From: Octopus sinensis
Lineage: Eukaryota
Reading direction: 5' to 3'
NCBI RefSeq assembly: GCF_006345805.1
Contig: NW_021832528.1
Location: 62,001 to 126,000, forward strand
Length of the DNA stretch: 64,000 nucleotides
Shown: positions 12,168-23,050 of the stretch, in pieces
How positions within the stretch are numbered: the stretch's first letter is position 1
Layout: every line of letters starts with the position of its first letter
The notes under the pieces: model-generated
The model's database searches: none
What the model was told of the DNA's origin: nothing
What the model saw: only the letters and a program-made list of their open reading frames with translations
Position numbers and translations under genes: made by a program

Positions 12168-12779
12168 TTAGTTAGTAATTTTATTAGAAATAATATTTTT
12201 GACAATTTGTCCTCCTTTAGAAATAACTAAGAATATAAGGGAGAATAACCCTTATCGGAGACACCCCCCACATAGTCCGAGCCGGAATGGACAAGCCGGT
12301 CAATGTACTCCTCATTCTGCAAGAAGTAAGGGCGGACAATGGCATGGTAGATCATGACACTCCCATTGTGGCGGGAAGGGAGGTAGCACACAATCAGAAT
12401 GGCAGCCTACCCTCTCAACACCCCCCACCTTGAACACCCAATAGAGGGGTACCCACGACAGAATGATATCCGCGAATGTCTCAGTGACGGAGAGGAGTGC
12501 GTAGACCACCCAGTAAATGAGCCACACGACGTCGTCCTCCTTGTGGGGGGACTCGATGGCCTTAATACTGGCAATGAGGGGGGGACACAACGAGGCGTAG
12601 GTGGGGTAGCCCATTCCGATGAGAGTGCTCACCAACTGCCCTCCAATCCCCATCCCCACCAGCACGAACAGCACCCCCGACACCCCCAACCACATGTACG
12701 ACATGTTCCCTGTGTTCTGTATGTATCCTGTTATCTCTCTTATTTTCTTCTCGATCGTTGTGTTGTTCTTTTTCCTCAT
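12168..12779 (-). CDS. REEP5: receptor expression-enhancing protein 5/6 (TB2/DP1/HVA22 family)
   Basis: [49 protein letters not shown] after removing introns 12568-12591 and 12407-12428. Confidence 0.9.
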
Positions 12780-13183
12780 TTACGAATGTTTGATTGTACT
12801 TAATTTATACTTGTGATGACGTCCCACACGTACGCTGTGTGATGATGATAGTTATCCACGTGGGACATCCCTCTGAGCTTTATGACATTAAGTAATCTAA
12901 AATTAGTACGTTTTATTCCGAAAAACTCAAAAATTAGTGCATTAGAATTAATATGTTAGACAAATGTGACCTTGGATCTTCCTCTCACATTTCTAAAAGA
13001 TGTGAGCGTGTTATTACAATTTTAGGCTATCCAATCCACTGAATGTATTCTTACTGAATTTACCGATTGAAGATTTTTTGATATCTCTATTTGTGAATTA
13101 AACATGAAAACATTTGTTTGAGATTTGATAAAGTCGACAGTGAAAGTTCACTCAAAACACCAATTTTAGAATTTGTAAACATA

Positions 13184-13471
13184 CTAATAATATAAATTAA
13201 TAAAAATACATTCTTTCAATATGAGAACAAGAACTAGCAAAATAATTGTCGTCAACATTTGAAATCTTTGCATAGCCGATGAGTCTACATACTCAATAGT
13301 GTTGTACATTGATTTAACACTGCGAGGACAGTTTATTTGAAAACCCGACTCGTCAACCAAGTCGTAGCAGTACATCACTGCACCGTCTGGTCCACAGCTG
13401 TTTTTCTGCTTTGTTTCCCATATGTGAAATATTGCTCCGAGTAACAAACAAATATACATTTCATATTGCAT
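13184..13471 (-). CDS. possible small Cys-containing secreted or GPI/TM-anchored orphan protein
   Basis: Hydrophobic N-terminus (MYICLLLGAIF), three Cys in the core, hydrophobic C-terminus (TTIILLVLVLIL). Confidence 0.4.
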   Translation of the reverse strand: MQYEMYICLLLGAIFHIWETKQKNSCGPDGAVMYCYDLVDESGFQINCPRSVKSMYNTIEYVDSSAMQRFQMLTTIILLVLVLILKECIFINLYY

Positions 13472-13899
13472 TAAAACGCTCGCTTTATATTTACTGAGAT
13501 ACAGGTGGACTGCTTATTAGTTCCAGATGTAGTTTTGAACATATTGCAATTAATGATGAATCACAACATTTTGTGTTAAATGTGTTCTAATATAGGGTTT
13601 ATCGATCTATTTCGGATTTGTTGCAACAAAATCAGAAAAGTTAGAAACAACATTTATTGAAATAAATTTTATTCATTAATCTCTTTCGACAGACAAATAT
13701 AACCGAGCATTTGTCTAGAACAAGAATCACAATGTTCTCGAGTTATTTCAGCAATTTTTTCGGAAATTAAGTTATTTAATTGCGTTTTATTTTGAGCTTC
13801 AGTTCTTATAACTAAATTTTTCCAAACAGAGAAAATATTTTCGATGGGATTGAGGAAGGGCGAATAAGGTGGAAGAAAAAAACAAATTAGAACTGATAA

Positions 13900-14060
13900 A
13901 TTCCCTTCAATGTTTTCGTCCGCAAGCTCGGGGCCAAAATCTCCATGCGCACTGCCGATCCTCGGGAGTTGGACTGGCTTGTTCAGCGGTTCTCGATCGC
14001 CGTTATCCGGGGAAAAGTTTGGCGATCTGTCAGGGTGCTGGCCTTCCCTTCGATTAATCC
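13900..14060 (+). mobile_element. CRE/R2-like RLE retrotransposon, C-terminal fragment
   Basis: RTADPRELDWLVQRFSIAVIRG parallels the C-termini at 33150-33230 and 44790-44870. Confidence 0.65.
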
Positions 14061-14384
14061 TTTAACACTTTTGCAAAATATTTTGTTTTTGCATGTTTTT
14101 CACTTTACACGATTTTCTGATTTTGATTAAAATATATGAAATTAATGATGAATCACATTTCGTGTTGATGTGTTCTAATAATATTCACAAATAAACATTG
14201 ATTTTAATAAGCTTACTTTCATATAATGCCAAATTAATAGCTTTATCAATAACTAAATTGTTCTAAACAATACACAATGTCCCTTCTTTATATAGTGATG
14301 GCCAATTCAGCCTCATTTCCCATACATTAAATTTATTAGCTTGTTTAATTAATCGATTTAACATAAATGAAACAAATGAGAATA

Positions 14385-15481
14385 TCAAATCCCATTAGTA
14401 TTGGTTAGTCTCAGTCTCTCCGATGGATGTGCCTTGACATGTCGATCTAGTGTATAGCAACCGCGTTCACTGCCAGTAAATTTGTGGGCTACGAACAACG
14501 ACAGAAGAATTATCATCAAAAATACAATCACAGGCCCGCATATGTACACTGCAATACAAACAAACACAACTAACCTGCTTTTATCCCACGTTCTCCATCA
14601 TACAAATATTTATTGTAAAATGAATCAAATACACCCTTCTCATATTCACTACTCACTTGTTTGTTCTTACTAGTCAATTCTCTATCCACACTCGGACTTG
14701 CCGTTGCATCTGAATTTTTGCCCATCTTTGCAATCAAATCAGGCGTTTCATTCACCGCAGGTGGACTTGCCGTTGCTCCAGAATTCACGCCCGTCTTTGC
14801 AATCAAATCAGGCGTTTTATTCGCCGCAGCTGGATTTGCCGTTGGATCTGAATTCTCACTCGTCTTTGCAATCAAATCAGGCGATTCATTTGGCACAGTC
14901 GGACTTGCCGTTGCATCAGAATTCTCTCCAGTATTTATTAACGACTCAGACGTATCATTCGCCCCAGTCTGGGTTGCCAGTACTTCCGAATTTCTGCCTG
15001 CGTTAGTAGTAGAGCCAATTTTATGTGTGGAGACTGCCTGTGAATGACCTGGCTGTATTGTATGGACATATTTATCGTCCATTAAAGATCGTGTTTGGTC
15101 TGGCTGAGGACTATCGGTTGTTGTCACAGAAACAGTGTTGTTGGAGGACAGAGTGGTCTGTCTCAACTGTTGGTTAAGTTGTACACAATATTGTTGGGTG
15201 AGCGCATTGGTGTAGTTGAATATGACTTGCCCGGTGAGCACATCATTGCAACTGCACCGATCGGAGAATATTTCGCATTGGAGGGGCTTGAACAGTCCGT
15301 TTGGCTGGCAGAGTATTTCCCACAACTGTAAAATGTCATCGACTTGATATTCCAGTCTAAACGTCAATAATATCAATTTATATCGCAGACTAATTAAGCA
15401 ACAGCAACACTTACAATTTACGAGTGCATGGCCCATCCACCACTGAAATCTCGTTTTTTGAAGCAAATTCGTCCACGCCAA
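14385..15481 (-). CDS. type I membrane protein: thyroglobulin type-1-like domain, Ser/Thr/Pro repeat stalk, TM helix, short tail
   Basis: CQPNGLFKPLQC..RCSCNDVLTGQVI; 23-aa repeats; a 26-nt intron joins to TM VYICGPVIVFLMIILLSLFVA and tail HKFTGSERGCYTLD. The N-terminus is uncertain. Confidence 0.7.
14690..14935. repeat. 69-nt coding tandem repeat, about 4 units
   Basis: GGA(C/T)TTGCCGTTG recurs at 14694, 14763, 14832 and 14901. Confidence 0.9.
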
Positions 15482-15917
15482 ATATATGACTCTACAAATA
15501 AATGTTTTTAAAATATTGCTGGTTTTGTGTTTAGCTTAAAGGACGGGACTTATTTTGTCTAAGTATTAATAATTTTGTGCATAAATTTTGGTGAAAAATA
15601 CCGGAAAGAAGACAAAAAAAAGACACAACAACAAATACATTTGAAGAAAACATAAACTAATTTTATTATCAACATTAATAAAAATAATTCCAAATATAAA
15701 AACACGAATAATAATTTTCATTAAAAAAGTGTCATATAAATGTTACTCTTATATCTCACTTGGAGACCAACAGACCTCAAGCAATCCCTCACCCTAGTAC
15801 CCCTGTGACGTATGACAGGAGCACTCCAGTAGCAACCACGTGAGGGATTAGTGACAAAGCCCACTAATGGCTAAACAAACATCACCAATATAAAACGTGG
15901 GGAATCCTGGTCTGCCA

Positions 15918-16466
15918 ATGAATTGTGTGGTGTGCCACAAACAGGAGGTCCCCTCCCAAAATTGTGAGTGGCAGGAGATTGTAGACGTGGGACTGTGCCA
16001 CACGTATTGTCTGAAGTGCAGTGTGTGCAGGGAGGATCTGAGCGAGGGGGAGACGTGTCTCGTCAGGAGTGGGCGCATATTCTGTCCTGCTGACTACTGC
16101 AAGTACTCTCTCACGATGACCAGGCTATATCGACACCAGTGCACTCTCTGTGGGCAGTGGCTGCAGAATGGACAATTCTATGTCCACTTGGAGGGACAAA
16201 TCTGTCATTTCGAGTGCCCACGGAAGTCTGGAGAACAAACAGACAAATCGGACGACTTGAGGAAATTGAGGGGCAATAAAAAACATCGACTGAGGACGAC
16301 GATCACTGAGTGGCAGAGGAAGGAATTGAACAAATATTTTTTGTACAATCCTCGACCAGATCGTGGGGAGAAGACAGCTTTGGCCACATGTCTTGAATTG
16401 TCCTGCAAAGTGATTGGCATTTGGTTTCAGAATAAAAGATGTGAATCAAAAAAACAGTCTTTTTGA
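15918..16466 (+). CDS. ISL1: Islet-type LIM-homeodomain transcription factor (shortened)
   Basis: LIM CxxC..HxxCxxCxxC..FC. Homeodomain RLRTTI..NPRPD..WFQNKRC..KK (NPRPD and NKRC are Islet-like). Two 21-nt introns, 15964-15984 and 16103-16123. Confidence 0.8.
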   Translation: MNCVVCHKQEVPSQNCEWQEIVDVGLCHTYCLKCSVCREDLSEGETCLVRSGRIFCPADYCKYSLTMTRLYRHQCTLCGQWLQNGQFYVHLEGQICHFECPRKSGEQTDKSDDLRKLRGNKKHRLRTTITEWQRKELNKYFLYNPRPDRGEKTALATCLELSCKVIGIWFQNKRCESKKQSF

Positions 16467-16899
16467 TTACATTTTGTTTATTTTTATAATCCAAATAATC
16501 AGTCCAACTAAACAAACTGACTCTATCCTTGTCTAGACTACCTCAACCAGTGCTCTCTTTCAGAAAGTCTTCATGGAAAGTCACATGGAAGCTTTTTTCA
16601 GGCTCTCTTACCTGTCTGATACAAACAGTCAAGGATAGTTGAGGAGTCCTCGTGGTATACAAAAGAATAATATCTTCCATTAATAAAAATATTATTTTTT
16701 AATTATTTTTTAACGGATAACCTCATTTAGTAGTAGTTGTAGCGTGGTGTTCTTGTTGCCTTTATACGTGGCAATTTTTTGTTGTTGTTTTCTTGTAACA
16801 TATTTCTATTTGTTTTATTATATTTTCTTATTTGATATTCCTTCGATTTTTCAAGTTTTGTAATTCAATTTACTGATTTTAAATAACGGCGTGATTTCT

Positions 16900-19480
16900 T
16901 TAAAATCCCGTTATTTTAAATTTATTAATCTTGTATAACTACAAAACTTCTATTTACCGATGGAAGTGTTGTTTATTTTTACTTACATCGAAGCGACCCT
17001 AAATTTTTTTAATTTATATTGATATGTATTATTTCATATTATTTAAAACTACCTCTACGCGATTATTCGACAAAATATTTATTATTTCAGCTGCTGGCTA
17101 GCATTGTGATTCGAATTTATCCAGTCGCAACGATGGATTAGTTCCAAAATCTTTAATTCGAATTTATTTAATAATTTTTTTATTTCTTACTTTATCGCCG
17201 ACATTATAATCATGCTTACTATTATGAGCATTTATTTTCCTGTTTATAGCTTTGTAATAATTAGAAGTTTCACAAATGGGTTTCCTTATAAATTTGAATT
17301 TTTTTGGATCCAGATAGGAACATTCTGACTCGGAATTATCTACGTATATATTTTAAATTGGACTACGCAAATTTTCTACGCTCTCTGGAGTTGAACAATC
17401 AAATTAATCTTTCATTTGCTTTGAAATAGCACAATCATTTGAATCATCAAAAACATAATTACATACCGCTCAATGTTTCGGACCACCCTATTTTTCTCAA
17501 TTTCCAAGTCAATCCTAAATTATTTTTATACGGTTCCTTAGAGAAACTATTAGATAAGCTTAAACACATTTATTCATTTAAAAACTTGGACAGATATTCA
17601 TGTTGGCGCATTTTAAATTATCGATTTTATACTCGATCATATGTTCCGGACCAGTTTAAAAAAAACCGAAATTTATTAAACTTATAAAAGTAATAATTAA
17701 TATTTCCTCCGTTGTTCGTTATAACAGCATTTATTCGCTCTGGAAGTGAATTGTATAATTTTTCAATGTACGAATTATCAATCTCGTACCAATTTTTTTG
17801 GTCAAATTCCAGAGCTCTGGAAGATCTTTTGGTTCCAGATCATAAAGTTTTTTGTTTTAGTACCGACCACATATTTTCAATAATACAGTTCGGGTGACTG
17901 GCTCGGCCAAGTTTCTAAGATTTTTATTTGTTTCCTTGAAAAAATTCATTGTCGACATGGACCGATGGAAGGAGCGGTCTTGCTGGAGATTACATGGTCT
18001 CATCATAAAAATTTTGAGTCCAACATTATAATTCTCTGATACTCTGCGGAATCAACATTTTTAATGCTCAGACAATGTTTCTCCATCCATTTGCGCAATA
18101 GCTCCCCAACCATAATGCTAGGAGAAAATTTTCGTGTTTTTAAACAATATTTTGAGTCAAATCTAGAGTTTGGTGGCCTTCTAACATAATTTTTTGTGTT
18201 TGAATGCAAATTTATTTGCATTCATCACTAAAATAATTTTAACCCCATCATGTTGGCTCCAAGTTAATTCTCAATGCACAATTTTTCTAGCCTTTTATGG
18301 CATATGGAAACTTGGTTTTGGCATTGCTTTCGCCATTCAAATAATTTCTTTGTAGGCATCTTTTAATTGTATTTGTGCTTACAATAGAATTTATTTCATA
18401 TCAAATTTAATTTGATTTGCCGTTTTTGGGGTCTGCTTTCGAAATTCTCACTATTTGCGTTCAGATCTTGGGGATAACAATCTGGTCGACCAGATTTTGG
18501 GTCTGTCGGATATAGTCCAACGTATGAATATCTGGAAATTGTTCTTTGAACAGCAGTTTTTTGGATATTTTTAATTTTTCGGCAATTTCTCTTTGTTGAA
18601 GCTCCATCTTTAAAAAAAATGATGATGCGACCCGATCACCCGTGAAACACGCGGCATTTGATTATTTAATTAGTCTTTTGTTTTTAATTGAATCAAAAAT
18701 TATTTAAAATTTAAAGAGATTTAACTGGTTCGAAACATATTGATTGCAACTGGTCCGGAACATATGATCGAGTCAAAAATCAATTATATTCAATTGGCCC
18801 AAACAAAATATTAAAGAAATTTTAGAATAGAATAAATGATTTAAGCTTATCTAATAAGTTTCTCTAAAGAACCGTATAAATATTTAGGATTGACTTGGAA
18901 ATTGAGAAAAAAGGTGGTCCGAAACATTTGAGCGTACTGTATATATAATAACCATCAATTATTGGATTTATTTTTTTAATTCCCCTATATTTTTCAAAGG
19001 GGCTCTCATTAGAAAATAAATCTACAGAGATGTTATAACTGTACACACATTTTTTTAATTCCACTATCCACTTTTTCTCGCTGTTATCAAGGATTTTTGA
19101 TAACTTTCTTGTTAAAGTTTGGTTGAATCTCTCTACAATTCCCTGTGTCCGTGGATTGTTAGGTCTTCCGTGAATTTGTTTGATTTTAAAATCAAAACAA
19201 AATTTTTTTATTTCCTGATTCTTAAACTCAGACCCATTATCTGACTGAGGAATTTGACATGGGCCGTTTAAATAAATAATGATTTTAAATTTTCCGATAC
19301 TTCTTTGCCTGACTTATTATAAAGAGGCATTGCGAAGGCAAATCTATAAAGATTGTTTTAACTAACCAACCTGCTATAGACATCAATGACCGTTAAAATC
19401 CATTTAAAATCATGATTTCAGTCGAAAATTTTTTCAAGTCTATAAGATATATCTGAAATCGTTGTGCCTCGAAAAATTTT
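16900..19480 (-). mobile_element. retroviral-type integrase element relic (Ginger/GIN- or Polinton-like) split by Tc1
   Basis: LTVIDVYSR, QSDNGSEF, HGRPNNPRTQGIVERFNQTL at 18960-19450. A C-terminal-like YNVGDKVRNKK..NKFE resumes near 17150-17250, beyond the Tc1. Confidence 0.7.
17462..18939 (-). mobile_element. degenerate Tc1-family transposon with about 200-bp TIRs
   Basis: Inverted repeats cgctcaatgtttcggaccacc / ggtggtccgaaacatttgagcgtactg, with TA flanks. Minus-strand IIFSDE and QQD motifs with many stops. Confidence 0.85.
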
Positions 19481-19559
19481 CTGGCTCACTTTCGGTAAAA
19501 TTTAAAAAAATAAAAAACTTTTATACTCATGAATGACGGTGTCAAGCACATTCATCAGT

Positions 19560-20140
19560 TTTGGTCAGTTTATGGTCTCAAAGTCTCCAAAGAGTTCTAT
19601 TTTCAGCACGTTCGTTGCGTTTTTGAATTTTTTGTGCGTTGCGCAGCACTATAGCGAGGGGGAGGAGGCTTTCTTACGGACTCTTAATGGGAGAAAACCG
19701 AGACCGGAAGAGGCGAAACAAAACAACTTCAGCCAATCGGAATGGCCATCGGATACTAAAGCATTATCAATTGCGGTGGACAAGGAGGAGGCTGCTAAGA
19801 TACGCGCAGCTTTTGGGATTCTGGATGGGATTTGCCGGAGACGGCGGAAGAGCTTGATTGATTTGAGAACTTCCTCGGCAGACGGGGGTGTTGCGAATGG
19901 CACTTTTTCGGGGATTTCTTGCGGGCTGGCAAGTGCGGCAGGAAGGACAGTTCCAGATTAAAAGAGAGGCAAAAACGCGCCTGGAAAGATGCACACAAGA
20001 AAGGTGGAAGAATCTGTCACAGCTAGAACAGACTCTCCCCTTCTTGCGGTTGTTACTAACTTTGTCTTGCCTTCTTCGCGTTTTCAATGTATTTTTTTGG
20101 TCAAATGCTTTTTTACACAAAGTTTTGCAATAACGGTCTT
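19560..20140 (-). mobile_element. CRE/R2-like retrotransposon, 5' portion with PHD finger
   Basis: CSSCDRFFHLSCV..WNCPSC (PHD) followed by IPSRIPKAARILAA..DWLKLFCFA. Frameshifted. Confidence 0.6.
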
Positions 20141-20921
20141 TTGATTGCTGTCAGTTTCTGTTCCTTGGTACGAACGTGCATGATTTAGCAGGTTTTTTAG
20201 ACTTTCGGCAGATATTGTAGTTGATTTGATTATATAACTTTACGGTCTCCCTGCCAGAGTTTGTTCTTTGTCCGTCCGACGCCGTTTTTGGTAAGCTGAA
20301 TGCGTGAAGGTTGTGCTGCATAGGAAAATCAAGTTCTTCTTTATCAAGATTCCGCTTGATCCGATAGACAAAATTATTTGATTTTGAAATATTCATCTTT
20401 TTAAACTTTGATTAATATTATCATGCTTAAGGTCATATTCAGTATATTTAAGATTATTTGGCCACGTTGATACCACAGTTTTTGTGCTAACCTGAAACGA
20501 GGAGACAGTGAGCTAGTTTGATGGTATTCTTTATGTAGACGAGTCATCAGAAGAAATTAAACTAATTTAAACAATGGGAATTCGTGTTACTGTATTCAGT
20601 CACGCTCGACAATCCATGTAGAGTATTTGTTAAACTACCGTCATTATTTGATGTTTAACAAAAGATGATTATTCGTTAAAAATGGCCTCTATAGATAATA
20701 TACGACATATTTAATGGAAATTCCTTGTTGTCATCAAATGTGGTTTATTGACTAGAAGACATGCACAGCAGTTCTGGTTTCACCATATTGTATCTCTGAA
20801 ACATTCTTTGTCAATAAAATTTGAGGTAACAATAAATAACACATTTTTGTACTTCTTTAAGAACTGGTCATAGGGTAAAAAAATAATTACAGTTCTTAGT
20901 TAAACAAGAAAAATCATGATA

Positions 20922-22413
20922 CAGTCGGACCTCGTTATGAGCCAGATCTCGGGTATGATCCATACTCGCTTTATGATACAAACTCTATTTTTGAGCCACG
21001 TTTTTTGAAACTGCTTTTTTCCTAAGGGGTTTGTAAAAATCAATTAAAAATAGACCTCGTTATGAGCCATCTAAAAATTGCTATAAACTAAATATTTTGT
21101 AATATAATTATTTTATATATTTTATTGTTTATTTGAAAGAATTTTTTCCTTGTCACGTTGTTATCTTTGTTGAAGTATTTTCCACTGTTCTATGATTTCT
21201 AGATGCCTAAAATGAAAATTGATCACGAAAAAAAACTCGAAATAGCCCAATATATTAAACGGAACCAGCTTTTAGAGCGCAGAATTGCGGAAATTTTCAA
21301 AGTTAGCAGGGCTACAATTTCACGTATAAAAAAAGATTTCCCTTTTATGGTAAAGAAAATGTATTTAATTGCGACGAAACTGCACTTTATTTCAAAAATA
21401 CACCAACTAAGTCATTTGTACAATGTGGTGAAAATTCGTTTGGTTTTAAGCAGCACAAGGAAAGGGTTAGCCTGCTTCTATGCTGCAGTTATCTTGGAGA
21501 GAAACTGGAGCCTTTAATTATCGGCAAATATCGAAACTCTCGGTGCTTAAAACAATTCTATATTGATGTTTTTAACGTCATGTACTCTTCTTCTAAAAAT
21601 TCGTGGATGACAACTGAAATTTTTAAAAGCTGAGTTTTTAAATTAAATACCAGAATGCTTTCTGAAAACCGAAAAATATTAATGTTGTTGGATAATGCTA
21701 GTTCTCATAGACTATCCGATTATTCAAACATTGAATTTTTATATTTACCTAAAAACACTACATCGTTAGTTCAGTCATTGGATATGGGCATAATTAAAGC
21801 ACTGAAGACAAATTACAGTAATTTGCTTATCGAATTCGTATGCATTTGTGAAAATAGAAGCAATTTTTTGGAAGCAATCAAAAGTCTCAATTTACGGAAT
21901 GTGATGCAACTAATTTCTGAAGCCTGGGCCAATGTAACTTCAAATCAAATTCAAAATTGTTGGAAAAAAATTTTTGAGTGTAGATGGGAGGAAACAATAA
22001 ATATCAATTCGAAGATTCATACGGACGTGACAGAAATGGTGAACGAAGTCTTTGTCGAAGAATTGCTTGAAAGCGAAATAAATTTTTATAATGGGCCTAA
22101 ATCAACAGACATCATAGATCCACTGACTCTTATTAATAATATGGAGGAAAATATATGCAAACTTTCTCCAGAATTATTAAATGATTTCTACGCCCTAAGG
22201 AAAAAAATACTGATTAATTTACGGGATAAAAATCGTTTTGGAGAAAAGATTACGCATTATTTCAAAAAAGTATAACTTATGAACTGTTTCTATCTGTTTC
22301 TTGTGAACTATTTTTTACTTAAAGTACTGTTAATTAGGATTATTAGCGAACCTCGGTTTATGATACAACCTCGGTTTATGAGCCACCAAGTGGCTCAAAC
22401 CGAGGTCCGACTG
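20922..22413 (+). mobile_element. Tigger/pogo (CENP-B-like) DNA transposon, frameshifted and internally deleted
   Basis: TIRs CAGTCGGACCTCG / CGAGGTCCGACTG with TA flanks. HTH VSRATISRIKK, NCDETALYF, LLLDNASSH, LPKNTTSLVQSLDMGII. Confidence 0.92.
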
Positions 22414-22779
22414 TAGTCTGAAATTCTTGTTTTTGTAATAACTAGGGCGATTTTTTTAACCTAAAAAATTTAACCTAAAAAAATTAAGAGTAACGAATAC
22501 CCGGCAGGAGATATGTGTGGATTGGTAATTACTAATAACTCAAAATTGTGTAATTTGCTTGGGCTCTTGATCCTTGGCATTGATGATACTTTGATCTAAA
22601 ATCCGAAAGCAGGAAACCGCACCCAAAAAAAAGTGGCAAAGAAACTAATCGAAAAGTTGTCTTTCTATGAGATGTATAAGACGATAGAACTATCAGATAT
22701 CATAAAAAATGCGGTTCACTCACTTAAAAGAACAGAGCATACATCAATGGAAAAACGTAAAGTAAAACGAAGCGCGTTT

Positions 22780-23050
22780 TTATGACCTCGTTGTATGAAT
22801 TCAAATGCATTGAATTTGGAAAAGCAATAAACCCAAATGATTTGAACCCGGATGACCTGTTGATTGATTTATCTCAAAAGGAAAAAGAGCTTAAAGGTGA
22901 ATGTAGGCTCTTTGCACTGATGAGCTACAAATCGAGACTTTTCCCTGTAATAACTAAAATTCTGATAAGAAAATTTATATTATCAATATTTAAACATATT
23001 ACAATGACGAAAGACATTGTAGGCCATGCTTGTTGAACATAAACATGGAG
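22780..23050 (+). mobile_element. possible hAT C-terminal relic
   Basis: Weak RLFPVITKILIRKFILSI similarity to the hAT dimerisation region; heavily decayed. Confidence 0.3.

Noticed and set aside
14690-14935. CRISPR-like or non-coding repeat array (also considered for 40585-40780)
   Set aside because: The units are contiguous with no unique spacers, the 69-mer is in-frame coding, and the context is eukaryotic with no cas genes.
15784-15849. 10-bp inverted repeat (AATCCCTCAC/GTGAGGGATT) upstream of ISL
   Set aside because: A single short stem with a long loop could arise by chance in 64 kb, and there is no other support.
20151-20420. Possible piggyBac C-terminal fragment
   Set aside because: The cysteine pattern is incomplete and no TTAA/TIR or DDD region was found.
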